This document shows, one piece after another, positions 22,416 through 32,358 of a stretch of DNA of 64,000 bases. The DNA is taken from NCBI GenBank assembly GCA_000004985.1, contig GG738924.1; one strand, 5' to 3'. This stretch comes from Naegleria gruberi (taxonomy: Eukaryota). The notes under the pieces were generated by a model. It made no database searches, had not been told where the DNA came from, and was given only the letters and a program-made list of their open reading frames with translations. Position 1 is the stretch's first letter; each line of letters opens with the position of its first letter. Both the position numbers and the translations under genes were made by a program.

Positions 22416-23945
22416 ATGAGCAACACTGGTTTGTCCTTCAAGTTAGCAACTGCTAACTTTGCAGGTACTGGATGGGTAAAGCAATCCCAAATGCTTTCAT
22501 TTATTGAAGACCAGTCAATACATGTACTTAATGTACAAGAAACCCATCTACCAAGCTCGGCCCTTAGTGAACACTATTGGCAAAACAAACACTTCAGATC
22601 CTTCTTTTACCCTTCCCTTGTCTTTACCTCCAACGCACCAGAGACTGACAAAGGAGCAGGCGTTGCTACAATTGTAAAACCATCCCCACTCACGAAAGTT
22701 CTTACTTTCATCGAGCATGTTGTTGGCAGAATCACTGAGCTCATTTTAGAGCATAAACAGTTGGGAGTCCTCAGAATATTTAATTGGTACGGACCTGCAA
22801 ATGACTATAACATCAACAGACAACAATTTATGATTAACACTATCAATATCCTTACACCTATCATCCAATCCTCAGTGCTTCACAATGAGAGAGTGATTAT
22901 ATTAGGTGATCTGAATGCCACAACCACAACCTACACCAAGACTTATCATGGGCCACATGAGAAACAACTTGCAGAGTTTTGCAATTCCCTTAGGCTCTTC
23001 GATATAGCACCAGCTATCAATCGCCCCTCACACCAACAACGTAACAAACAGTCACAAGGTTTCTCAAGACCGGACCATATTATATCTACACATGCTGACC
23101 ATGTAGACTGTGAGGACATTGATACACCTCATGCCCACAAATTGCTCACCATCTCATACACCTTAGCTAACAACTTTGACTTCCCAGAGAAGTTTAACAA
23201 GGTGTCTATACCAGCTACTGTCTTGTCTAGAGATTCCAAAGCCATCAATGCTACCTTTTTAACCAAAAGTCCCAAAACACTTAAAGAGGTCCAAAAAGTA
23301 TTACAAGATATCACAGTACAATATGGAAAAGTGGTTAATGATAAACCAAAGCTCATCACAAACAACAAACGAATAATCCAACTCCAAAAGTATATCTTTG
23401 AAATCAAACAACTATCTCGACACAAAAGAGTATCCAATATAACAGCTCAATTCTTAGAAGGCAACTTTAGCTCCAACAATGTAGAACTAAAACTCAAGCT
23501 AGCCAAACAAGAGCTTAACTCTTTGATTGGTACTTTATTGGCAAATAGAAAGAAAGTTTTTATGGAAAGAGTGAATAATCTTAGTTCCAAATACCCCTAT
23601 TCCTATGCATTCAGAAAGGAACTATCATGCTCTTCTATTCTTGGCATTGTCAAACACAACCACAACAAAACCATCTCTAAACACTTCGAAGACATGAGCA
23701 ATACAACACAAAAAGTCACCAAAGCCCTCCCTGACATTAACAAAAACAGGAAACTCAAGTCATGGAGACTCACTCATATCTCAGTTAAAGATTTAGGAAA
23801 AACCATCAAGAAGACTAAAAACTCCATGGCTGGCTATGACAACATCTCAGTGCCCCTTATTAAAGTGTTTCTTAAAAGAAAACCAACAATAAATAAACTA
23901 ATGGATATAAAGCTCACACTACAACTTCTACCTATTCTTAGGTAG
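22416..23945 (+). CDS. retroelement ORF2: AP-endonuclease domain plus truncated RT N-terminus (509 aa)
   Basis: EEP motifs LNVQETH, GDLNA, SDH; RT motif 0 near the C-terminus. Confidence 0.6.
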   Translation: MSNTGLSFKLATANFAGTGWVKQSQMLSFIEDQSIHVLNVQETHLPSSALSEHYWQNKHFRSFFYPSLVFTSNAPETDKGAGVATIVKPSPLTKVLTFIEHVVGRITELILEHKQLGVLRIFNWYGPANDYNINRQQFMINTINILTPIIQSSVLHNERVIILGDLNATTTTYTKTYHGPHEKQLAEFCNSLRLFDIAPAINRPSHQQRNKQSQGFSRPDHIISTHADHVDCEDIDTPHAHKLLTISYTLANNFDFPEKFNKVSIPATVLSRDSKAINATFLTKSPKTLKEVQKVLQDITVQYGKVVNDKPKLITNNKRIIQLQKYIFEIKQLSRHKRVSNITAQFLEGNFSSNNVELKLKLAKQELNSLIGTLLANRKKVFMERVNNLSSKYPYSYAFRKELSCSSILGIVKHNHNKTISKHFEDMSNTTQKVTKALPDINKNRKLKSWRLTHISVKDLGKTIKKTKNSMAGYDNISVPLIKVFLKRKPTINKLMDIKLTLQLLPILR

Positions 23946-24561
23946 TTTGTAGCCTGGTTACTGCTGTTTTTAGGCATTAAGCTTTATTCAGCAGGTCCAG
24001 AAATTAAATAAACTAATCAATACAATCATACTATGATTTCTTAACAAAAAGCAAAAACTAAACTAAATTAAAGCAATCTGACAATAAACCAAGTTGTTTT
24101 TTGGAGAAACAACTCCCATATAAAAAAACCTACTCTTGTAGGAAAAAAAAATCGGTAAAAACCAAAAAGTTAAGAATTAAAAAACCTACTCAACCGTCTT
24201 GACACTTACGAATCAAAACGAGAATGAGAAAAGAGGTATGTTCAGTACATATTGCCTTACTAATAGTAAGGGAAAGGTATCAGATACCTTCTAATCAACA
24301 TAAAGTTGATCTGTCGGTTTTAGATCACCAACAATTGGTTTTAGATCACCAATCATGATAAAAAACATCAATAAATGATGTCAAATATCAAATAATAATA
24401 CAAAGATAAAAAGATGATAACAATCATCTTTCAATAATACAAATAGAGTGAAATCTTTCAATCAATTGAGAAAATATTTGGGGATTGATTAAAAAATCAC
24501 ATCTAAAGTATTAAGGACAAAGGTTAGAACCTTTGATTTGAATAAACTAATAATAATAGAG
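23867..24561 (+). repeat. direct repeat copy 1 (695 bp; the 3' end of ORF2 plus 3' UTR). It ends at N gap 24562-24611.
   Basis: About 98% identical to 24791-25492. Differences are the poly-A length (9 versus 14) and a few SNPs. Confidence 0.85.
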
Positions 24562-24790
24562 NNNNNNNNNNNNNNNNNNNNNNNNNNNNNNNNNNNNNNN
24601 NNNNNNNNNNNTGACATTTGACTTGATTAGATGTTTCTCTGAATTAACGTAAGGTAAGTTGGAAAATGAAGCTGTTGATGTGCTGCTGGAAATGTGAGAC
24701 TCTAAATCCTGTGAAATGTTTGGTCTTTGCATTTTTTTTGAAAGGTCACAGCTAGTTGGTTTGTTTGTGGTTTTTACCCATCAGTTGATA

Positions 24791-25492
24791 TGTTTCTTAA
24801 AAGAAAACCAACAATAAATAAACTAATGGATATAAAGCTCACACTACAACTTCTACCTATTCTTAGGTAGTTTGTAGCCTGGTTACTGCTGTTTTTAGGC
24901 ATTAAGCTTTATTCAGCAGGTCCAGAAATTAAATAAACTAATCAATACAATCATACTATGATTTCTTAACAAAAAGCAAAAACTAAACTAAATTAAAGCA
25001 ATCTGACAATAAACCAAGTTGTTTTTTGGAGAAACAACTCCCATATAAAAAAACCTACTCTTGTAGGAAAAAAAAAAAAAATCGGTAAAAACTAAAAAGT
25101 TAAGAATTAAAAAACCTACTCAACCGTCTTGACACTTACGAATCAAAACGAGAATGAGAAAAGAGGTATGTTCAGTACATATTGCCTTACTAATAGTAAG
25201 GGAAAGGTATCAGATACCTTCTAATCAACATAAAGTTGATCTGTCGGTTTTAGATCACCAACAATTGGTTTTAGATCACCAATCATGATAAAAAACATCA
25301 ATAAATGATGTCAAATATCAAATAATAATACAAAGATAAAAAGATGATAACAATCATCTTTCAATAATACAAATAGAGTGAAATCTTTCAATCAATTGAG
25401 AAAATATTTGAGGATTGGTTAAAAAATCACATTCCAAAGTATTAAGGACAAAGGTTAGAACCTTTGATTTGAATAAACTAATAATAATAGAG
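24791..25492 (+). repeat. direct repeat copy 2, a 5'-truncated solo copy of the non-LTR 3' end
   Basis: Begins exactly at TGTTTCTTAAAAG and ends in ...AATAATAATAGAG, abutting the DIRS terminal repeat. Confidence 0.85.
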
Positions 25493-25610
25493 GGTGGGCA
25501 AGGGTGGGACCATAGTATGACAATTTTTTTGAGCATACTTTCTATTATTAGTTTATTCAATTGTTGTTTTCAAGAAACACTACTTTATCTCAGTAAACTT
25601 CGATAAGAAC
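25493..25610 (-). repeat. DIRS copy 1 3' terminal repeat (GGTGGGcaaGGGTGGGAC..ATGAC..TTTTTTTGAGCATAC..GATAAGAAC on the plus strand)
   Basis: 103-bp direct match to 29543-29645. A related motif recurs at 33582-33660, 39945-39965 and 41218-41233. Confidence 0.75.
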
Positions 25611-25643
25611 ATGTTTCTTAAAAGAAAACCAACAATAAATAAA

Positions 25644-27926
25644 CTAATGGATATTGTCCCGAGAAAGGAGAGTAGTAGACAAGTGGCGAGCTGCAAGAGC
25701 TTCTTGTCTTTGATAAGGTTGTAAAGATTTCACATCCTTATGTCTAGTCCCCATAATAATATCCTGAGTAGGAATTCCCTTGATAATACTCTCAGTAGTT
25801 GCACCAATACGTAAACTGTGACCAGAAACAGTGATTTCTGAATCAACAGAGAACATAGCATTCTTGATAAGTTGAGAAACATCTTCAGTGTTGAAGAAAA
25901 TATTGTCCTGCAATGAAAACAATGGTGAATCTGCTTTTTTGAAATGCTGTACAGTGTTCATGTAATCAAAAAGCAATTTCACTGGACACACTGAAGGATT
26001 TTCAAGATGCTTGTCAATAGTAATCGGCTTTTCTAGTAGAAAGAAATCTGTTTTGTGACCACTGAGATCTAATTTGATGTTACCATTTCTAAGCTTTGTA
26101 ACATAACCCCACTTGAGTCTAGCTAATTCACCTGGTCTAGCGAAAAGTCTGAAACCAATGACTAACATGGCACTAGTGAGTTTGAAAATGAAAGGATCAT
26201 AATGATCTTTTCTCTGAATGAAACCTTCAATATGATGATAGAAAATTGGATCACGTTTCAAAGCTTTTCTATCAATCAAGGACCAAATAAGAGTAATTCC
26301 TCTTTTAATCTTATCATAAGACCATGAAATTGGAAAAACTCTTCTCTCAATATTGGCCCAAAATTGAAGGGATGGTCTCAAGGCTTCAACACGAGATGTT
26401 TGACCTTGAATTGTAAGATAAGCTGCATAATACTCAATAGCATAAGGGTCATCCATTGAAATATTGAATGCAGTAATAAACCATAAGAAACCATTATAGT
26501 TTCTAGTGTAAAGTTTGAAGGTTTCTTCCTTAATCGAAACCAACATCCCTAAATCTCTGGTTTGAAGTATAAGTTTCCATCCAGATGAGCAATTATGAAC
26601 GTCGTTCCTTCGAATTTGATCCATAATTCGGATAATAGTTTGATTAAAAGCATCCTTCTTGTGATACTTTTTCTCTTCTTTAATAGCTTTAAGAGTAGAG
26701 GCCACCAAATCGAGGAGCTCCATTCTGGAATTACAAATGTCGCTATTGATCTGGATTTGATAAGATGAATGAGAGCTTGACTGATCAATCCTATTGGAGG
26801 AACACAATAACTCACTAGTTCTTTTTCCCAAAGACTTTTGAACGCGTCGTTCTCTTTCCATGAATTGAATACAAGGGTAGTTGCCGAACTCGTTGTTGCA
26901 AATCTGTCCACATGGTGTATTCCAAATTCTTGGTTGACTAATTCGATTAGTTCCTTGGTGGATCCCCAATCCATCAATCGACTCAACCTGTCTGCTAGGA
27001 AATTCTGTTTGGATGGGATGTAAATCACTTTGCAAATCCACCAATTTCTTCTCATTAGAATCTTTGAGATGTCTCTTGCTATCTTTGCGAGATCGTCTTT
27101 TGATCCATAACCCTTCTTTAGATATGCCACGGCTACCATGTTGTCTACTCTCAATTCGAAATTTGTGAAATCTGGATAAAGATTTAATTCGTCTGCTTGT
27201 TTGAAATAAAGCAGTAAGGCTCTTAGTTCCTTGACATTGATGTGCTCTTCTCCATTGAACTTTCCAACAGTAACGATTGAACCTGAGTGAATGCCGAAAC
27301 CTTGAGGTGTTGCATCTGAATTCACAATCACTGGGAGAATCCAATCCAATTCGAACGGATGACCATCGTTCTTTTGAATTAACTCCCTTAGAATCAATAA
27401 ATCCTTGAATGCGCCTTTGTGAATTTGCATTGATGCGTGCCAACCTCTTCCTGATACTACTGAAACCATGTTCTTTCGAAGACGACACATGAATGGTGAA
27501 AGGTACTTGTTGGCAATTGTTAGAAATTCCAACTTTCCTAGGAACTTGGCAACTCTCTTGCATGGAACATAAAGCCGTTTCTGGGAAGCATTGAGTAGCT
27601 CCTCTATGAATTCTAAAGCTGTAATCCTTTTGTCTTCTGGAATTTTTACCAAACCTTGATGAAAGTCTAACAAAACTCCTAGGTATTCTATTAATTGAGT
27701 TGGATTTAAACAACATTTGTCTTTTTGAATGAGGAATCCAAACTCTTCTAAATCCTTTAGAACTATATCTCTGTCTAAGATCAACTGATCTTTTGAATGA
27801 TTTACCACTAAGATATCGTCTAAATAAATGAATACCGAGATTCCTCTTACTCTCCATCTTTGAACTAAGACCTTCATTATCTTGGAGAATAATCTTGGAG
27901 CAATGTTCAGACCGAATGGTAGGCAC
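25644..27926 (-). CDS. DIRS-like tyrosine recombinase ORF (760 aa), overlapping the RT ORF in another frame
   Basis: C-terminal catalytic region ...ARPGELARLKWGY...GHSLRIGATT...TRHKDVKSLQPY (R..HxLR..Y), as in DIRS-1 ORF2. Confidence 0.7.
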   Translation of the reverse strand: MPTIRSEHCSKIILQDNEGLSSKMESKRNLGIHLFRRYLSGKSFKRSVDLRQRYSSKGFRRVWIPHSKRQMLFKSNSINRIPRSFVRLSSRFGKNSRRQKDYSFRIHRGATQCFPETALCSMQESCQVPRKVGISNNCQQVPFTIHVSSSKEHGFSSIRKRLARINANSQRRIQGFIDSKGVNSKERWSSVRIGLDSPSDCEFRCNTSRFRHSLRFNRYCWKVQWRRAHQCQGTKSLTALFQTSRRIKSLSRFHKFRIESRQHGSRGISKEGLWIKRRSRKDSKRHLKDSNEKKLVDLQSDLHPIQTEFPSRQVESIDGLGIHQGTNRISQPRIWNTPCGQICNNEFGNYPCIQFMERERRVQKSLGKRTSELLCSSNRIDQSSSHSSYQIQINSDICNSRMELLDLVASTLKAIKEEKKYHKKDAFNQTIIRIMDQIRRNDVHNCSSGWKLILQTRDLGMLVSIKEETFKLYTRNYNGFLWFITAFNISMDDPYAIEYYAAYLTIQGQTSRVEALRPSLQFWANIERRVFPISWSYDKIKRGITLIWSLIDRKALKRDPIFYHHIEGFIQRKDHYDPFIFKLTSAMLVIGFRLFARPGELARLKWGYVTKLRNGNIKLDLSGHKTDFFLLEKPITIDKHLENPSVCPVKLLFDYMNTVQHFKKADSPLFSLQDNIFFNTEDVSQLIKNAMFSVDSEITVSGHSLRIGATTESIIKGIPTQDIIMGTRHKDVKSLQPYQRQEALAARHLSTTLLSRDNIH

Positions 27927-28704
27927 TTGTAATGGTAAATCTGGCCGTTGTACCTGAATCCCAATAACTTTCGATCTGTTTCCTTCACTGGAACGTGATG
28001 ATAACCTTTCATCAAATCTATTTTGATTCCTAACATGTCTTTTGATAGAAACTTTGAGTTTTGTGAATATGATCCATTTTGAATGAGTCGTTGTTTATAC
28101 CAGCATTTATGGATCTCAAATCTAGGATTAGACGAAACTGGTCTTTGCCTTTCTTCGGAACCACGTGAATCGGATTTATGACAGTGTCCTTGTTTCCAAT
28201 TTCTATAATATTGGTTTTGAGTAAATCTGAGATTTCGCTCTTTAACCATGAATCTTCCTTTTCTGAAAAATGAGATCTTAGTGGAATATCGATCCATTTT
28301 TCTTTTTCTGAATGGATTGGAATACCCTCTCTTATCCATTCTGCAACAGTTTTGGGGAAGATTTGCCACTTTTTCCAAAACTGTTGTAATCTTCCTCCTT
28401 GGAAGGAGGGAGTGGAAGAGTCATTCTGACTTATCCTTATCTTTTCCTTGGAATTTACCACCGTTTCCTTGACCCTTATTGTTTTTCTTTTGAAACGGTT
28501 TCTTCTTAGAATACTTCTTGGTAATTCCCTTTGGACCTTGTTGCTGCTTGGTTGCTTTGTAGTAATGATATGTTGTTCTAATATTATGAAGTTCACTTTC
28601 GGCAGCAGTTTCGAAACTATTAGTAGAAATGTATCTGTTAAGGAATTCTCTACCAACATCGAAAGTGGAAACTTGTAAACCTTCTTTAAGGAAGAGGGCT
28701 TCAA
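26549..28704 (-). pseudogene. DIRS-like RT/RNase H(/methyltransferase-like) ORF split by a frameshift into 28030-28704 (224 aa) and 26549-28378 (609 aa)
   Basis: The RT N-terminal block ...IIEIGNKDTVINPIHVVPKKGKDQFRLILDLRSINAGINNDSFKMD is in one frame; ...IDLMKGYHHVPVKETDRKLLGFRYNGQIYHYKCLPFGL...FIYLDDILVV continues in another. Copy 2 has the same region in a single frame. Confidence 0.65.
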
Positions 28705-29548
28705 CTTTGCAAATCATTCTACAAAGTTCTGTAATCTCTGTCATGACTGTAAAATCAAGTGGAGAATTCAATGCATATTCCAACAATTCAATTTTGATTT
28801 GAGTTAACTCTACTAGTTTAGAATAACCAATACTGTTAATCTCATCCAATCTAATGTCTGGGGCAAACTTGGAAATCACATCCTTGTATTTAAGGAGCAA
28901 ATATTGAATTCTTCTCTTGGTCTCCTCTTGTTTACGGTCTTTAAGTATCTCGGAGGATACTGCAGAAAGTAATAAATCATCTCCAATAGATGAAGGAACA
29001 TTGTAAGAACTTCTAAGGTCTCTATAAGTTTGACGTAACCAAACTTCTGGAGATATAGCTTCTGGATTAACAAAATCATCATCTGATTCTTCTTCTCTCT
29101 CCTGAACTTTCTTAGTAAGTTCAGAGATATTTCCTGTTACGGTTCTCAAAACTCCAATCATTTCTTGCATTTGGGCTTTGATCGCCATGATATCATGTTC
29201 AGATGAACTACTGGTAAAACTATCTCTACCTGAATTGGAAGAAGACGAATTGTTTGACGAAGAGGGTGCAGTTGAAGAACTATCCAACAATGTTGAATTG
29301 CTTAGCAACGAACTGGAAACAACAGTTGAAATACCATCATATAAGGCACTGTTAGATGATGAAACTGAAGTAGATTGTTTGCGCTTATTTCTATTAGCTA
29401 CAGGTGACATGGCCTTTAACTTTCTAAGCTTCTTAGCAGCTTGTTGTTTTCTTGCTTTCACTGGTGTTGTGGGGTATTCTACTTCAACTGCTGGGAGATC
29501 TTCATCAGATGAAGAGGAGTCAATATCTTGAGGCTTCTTAGCGACCAT
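28421..29548 (-). CDS. DIRS-like ORF1 (gag-like, 375 aa)
   Basis: MVAKKPQDIDSSSSDEDLP.... The C-terminal LLEYALNSPLDFTVMTEITEL block is shared with ORF1 of copies 2 and 3. Confidence 0.65.
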   Translation of the reverse strand: MVAKKPQDIDSSSSDEDLPAVEVEYPTTPVKARKQQAAKKLRKLKAMSPVANRNKRKQSTSVSSSNSALYDGISTVVSSSLLSNSTLLDSSSTAPSSSNNSSSSNSGRDSFTSSSSEHDIMAIKAQMQEMIGVLRTVTGNISELTKKVQEREEESDDDFVNPEAISPEVWLRQTYRDLRSSYNVPSSIGDDLLLSAVSSEILKDRKQEETKRRIQYLLLKYKDVISKFAPDIRLDEINSIGYSKLVELTQIKIELLEYALNSPLDFTVMTEITELCRMICKVEALFLKEGLQVSTFDVGREFLNRYISTNSFETAAESELHNIRTTYHYYKATKQQQGPKGITKKYSKKKPFQKKNNKGQGNGGKFQGKDKDKSE

Positions 29549-29645
29549 AGTATGACGATTTTTTTGAGCATACTTTCTATTATTAGTTTATTCAATTGTT
29601 GTTTTCAAGAAACACTACTTTATCTCAGTAAACTTCGATAAGAAC
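29543..29645 (-). repeat. DIRS copy 1 5' terminal repeat; includes the ORF1 ATG (29546-29548)
   Basis: Same sequence and orientation as 25508-25610. Confidence 0.75.
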
Positions 29646-30540
29646 AGCCAGAGAATGGACCATCCCCATGTCCAAATGGGGACACTCCAGAAAGTACCAC
29701 CATTTTTCGAATAAAGTAAAAGAGGAGTGGAGAGCGAGTCTCCCTCTCGTTACTTGGTTCCAATCAGGGTTCTCCACAGGAGCAGCAGTTTGCTGCCGAT
29801 TGGTATCAAGCTTTTCGTGGTTAGTTCTTACTAGTTGCGTACCGCCATCGCTAGCCGTTGCAAATATAAAAAATGAATTTGTTGGGACGCAATTTTGTTA
29901 CGTGGCTACTTGTACAGTGATGTAAAGCTTCGGAATATTATTGAATCATATCAATTAATACAAATATCATCAACATAGACAAATAATACAGCACGTTTAC
30001 TTCAAATTTGACGCGTTTTTTGAAAGAAAATAAATTATTTAGAAAAAATTTTGTTGTTCTTCTGCTGTCAAATCCAAAATAAGCATTTCAATAGAACAAC
30101 ACCTAACCACTCGTTCTTACTCATTTCTACATATTTTTGAGAATGCTGCCACCCCAAGGGGTGTGTTAATGCGAGGATTCATAATTTGAAGTCAGATTTC
30201 AAAACTACCTTACAGCACGTTTACTTCAAGTTTGACAAGATTTGGGGAAATTAAAATTGTTTTTTTTTAAAATTTAAAGTATTTCATCTTTCAATTTTGA
30301 TTTGGCAAGTAAACTCAACTCCATTTGAAAAGAATCTGTAACGATAATATTTTATTCAACAAATGTTAATTTCTCAATGGAATTACTGCACACATACGCG
30401 CATTGAGAAAAGTGCTCTCCAGTCGAGAGGAAGGAAAATACATCCCTGTTGATGATTGATACCGACACTACCCTCAAATTTGCCATATTCGTCGTCATCA
30501 GTAGGAGTTGTCATTTTTTTTGATTGTGATATGTGATGGC
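29646..30540 (-). pseudogene. fragmented partial duplicate of the 5' exon region of the F-box/LRR gene at 30692-32358
   Basis: Piece A, 29695-29765, matches 32132-32196. Piece B, 30380-30540, is about 85% identical to 32196-32385, including the ATG and upstream CCATCACATATCA(C/T)AATCAAAAAAA. The two pieces are separated by a 615-bp insert, and DIRS copy 1 abuts at 29645. Confidence 0.55.
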
Positions 30541-30691
30541 TCATTTATTGTACTGCTGGAACGAATGTGGCTCTATTCCACCATGGAAATTCTCTCAAAC
30601 AAGTTGCATTATTCAATAGTGTCGATCTATACAATTCCATAGCGCATTCATGAAAATGTCAACAACCGAGCAAATACCTACCGATCCAACA

Positions 30692-32358
30692 CTAATGCAG
30701 ATAACCATCCTCACTATCATCACTCTCTCTATCGTCACTCTTGACATCGTCATCGATAACACGCGTCGGGATAACAACCTCCTCTGTATCATACTCCTCT
30801 GTGTCATACTCCTCTGTGTCACCCTCCTCTGTGTCATCCTCGGTCCTGATGCTACACAAACCGCATCGAATCAATTTACGGAGGTGTTTTTTTCCAGCGG
30901 TTTCGATTTCATTATCATCTAAACTGAGATATGTGATATTCTTCAGTTTAGAGAGGCATTCTGCCCCTGTATCTCCGATTCCATTATTATCTAAACTGAG
31001 GTGTGTCAGCTTATTCAATTCAGAGAGGTATTTCGCTCCATCATCTCCAATTCTGTTGTCATTCAAACCGAGGCGAGTGAGTTTCTTCAATTTAGATAGA
31101 TGTTGTGCTCCATCCTCGATTCCATTGCCATTCAAATCGAGATGAGTGAGATTGGTCAATTCAGAGAGGCTTTGTGCTCCAATAGACCCAATTTGATTGC
31201 CACTCAAATCGAGTTGAGTGAGTTTCTTCAATTTAGATAGGCGTTGTGCTCCATCATCCTCGATTCGATTGTAACCCAAATCGAGTTGAGTGAGATTCTC
31301 CAATTTACAGAGGCTTTCTGCTTTAATAGCTCCAATTAGATTACTCCTCAAATTGAGTTGGGTGAGATTGGTCAATTCACAGAGTCTTTCCGCTCCGTTG
31401 GGTCCAATTTGATTGAGACATAAATTGATTTGAGTGAGGTTCTTCAATTGAGAGAGGTGTTCTGCTCCTTTACCATTTGATTAATACTTAGATCGAGTTC
31501 AGTAAGATTCTCCAACCCACAGAGTCTTTCAGCTCCATCACCCGTGATTCGATTATTGCCCAAATTGAGTTTTTTGAGATTCTTCAATTCGGAGAGGTTG
31601 TTTACACCCTCATACCCAATTTGATTGCCACTCAAATCGAGTTCTGTGAGCTTCTTCAATCCACGGAGGCTTTTCACTCCGTTAGCCCCCAATTTAGTGA
31701 TTCTCAAATTGAGTTGAGTGAGATTGGTCAATGAGGAAATGTGTTCAGCACCAGCATCACCGATTTCATTGTTGCCCAAATTGAGTTGGGTGAGATTGGT
31801 CAATGAGGAGAGGCGCTGTGCTCCATTGGGCCCAATTCCATTGTCGAACAAATCGAGTGCTGTGAGATGGGTCAATGAGGAAACATGTTTTGCTCCATCA
31901 TTTCCGATTTCATTGTGTCCCAAATTGAGTTTTTTGAGATTGGTCAATGAAGAGAGGCCCTTCACCACGGTGGGTTTAATTTTGTTACGACACAAATCGA
32001 GTTGTGTGAGATTGACCAATTTGGTGGAAATGGTACCACATTGCTCTTCAATAAGTTCGACTCCATCGATTGTTAGAGAAAGCACCTTATCCATTTCCAA
32101 ATTGGACCGCTCTATAAAGTCTGTCCATTTTTCGAATAAAGTAAAAGAGGGGTGGAGAGCGAGTCTCCCTCTCGTTACTTGGTTCCAATTACTGCACACA
32201 TACGCGCATTGAGAAAAGTGCTCTTTAGTCGAGAGAAAGGAAAATATATCCAACAAATTTTCGTCAGGAAGGGAATTGATCCCAACACTACCAGAGCCGC
32301 GACTCGCTTTGGCACTACTCTCGGCTTTGCAGGATTTGTCGTCAGGGGGAGTTGTCAT
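30692..32358 (-). CDS. F-box / leucine-rich-repeat (RNI-like) protein, apparently disrupted by a -1 frameshift near 31445-31470 (annotated as ORFs 31444-32358 and 30692-31447)
   Basis: F-box LPDENLLDIFSFLSTKEHFSQCAYV. About 20 LRRs of the type LTxLxLxxNxIGxxGAxxL span both ORFs. Restoring one base (ATGGT to ATTGGT) reads ...LSINQIGKGAEHLSQLKNLTQINLCLNQIG. Acidic tail EDDTEEGDTEEYDTEEYDTEE. Confidence 0.6.

Larger units (their letters stand above)
21173..24561 (+). mobile_element. non-LTR (LINE/TRE-like) retrotransposon, 3'-truncated in its coding region: ORF1, then ORF2 with APE endonuclease plus only the first motif of RT, then about 700 bp of 3' sequence
   Basis: ORF1/ORF2 junction is TAATATG. 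ORF2 has FKLATANFAG...HVLNVQETH...ILGDLNA (APE-type EN) and later KNSMAGYDNISVPLIK (RT domain 0), then stops after ...KLMDIKLTLQLLPILR. Confidence 0.6.
25493..29645 (-). mobile_element. DIRS-like tyrosine-recombinase retrotransposon, copy 1 (complete length, defective RT)
   Basis: In element sense: 5' repeat 29645-29543, ORF1 (gag-like), RT/RNase H ORF with an internal frameshift, overlapping YR ORF, 42-bp segment, 3' repeat 25610-25493. Confidence 0.75.

Noticed and set aside
21173-24561. tRNA-gene-targeted insertion (TRE-type) of the non-LTR element
   Set aside because: The nearest tRNA genes (18254-18815) are about 2.4 kb away with an intervening cellular gene. There is no tRNA within 50-150 bp of either element end.
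25354-25606. Short ORFs 25354-25560 (-) and 25415-25606 (+) and similar 60-80-aa ORFs inside repeats (24547-24732, 35534-35937 and others)
   Set aside because: They lie inside transposon terminal repeats or AT-rich inserts and have no codon-usage or motif support.
25644-27926. Tyrosine recombinase read as a phage/ICE integrase marking a prokaryotic island
   Set aside because: The context is eukaryotic: introns, tRNA introns, histone H3, V-ATPase. The YR is embedded in an RT/RNase H element with gag-like ORF1, i.e. a DIRS-type retrotransposon.
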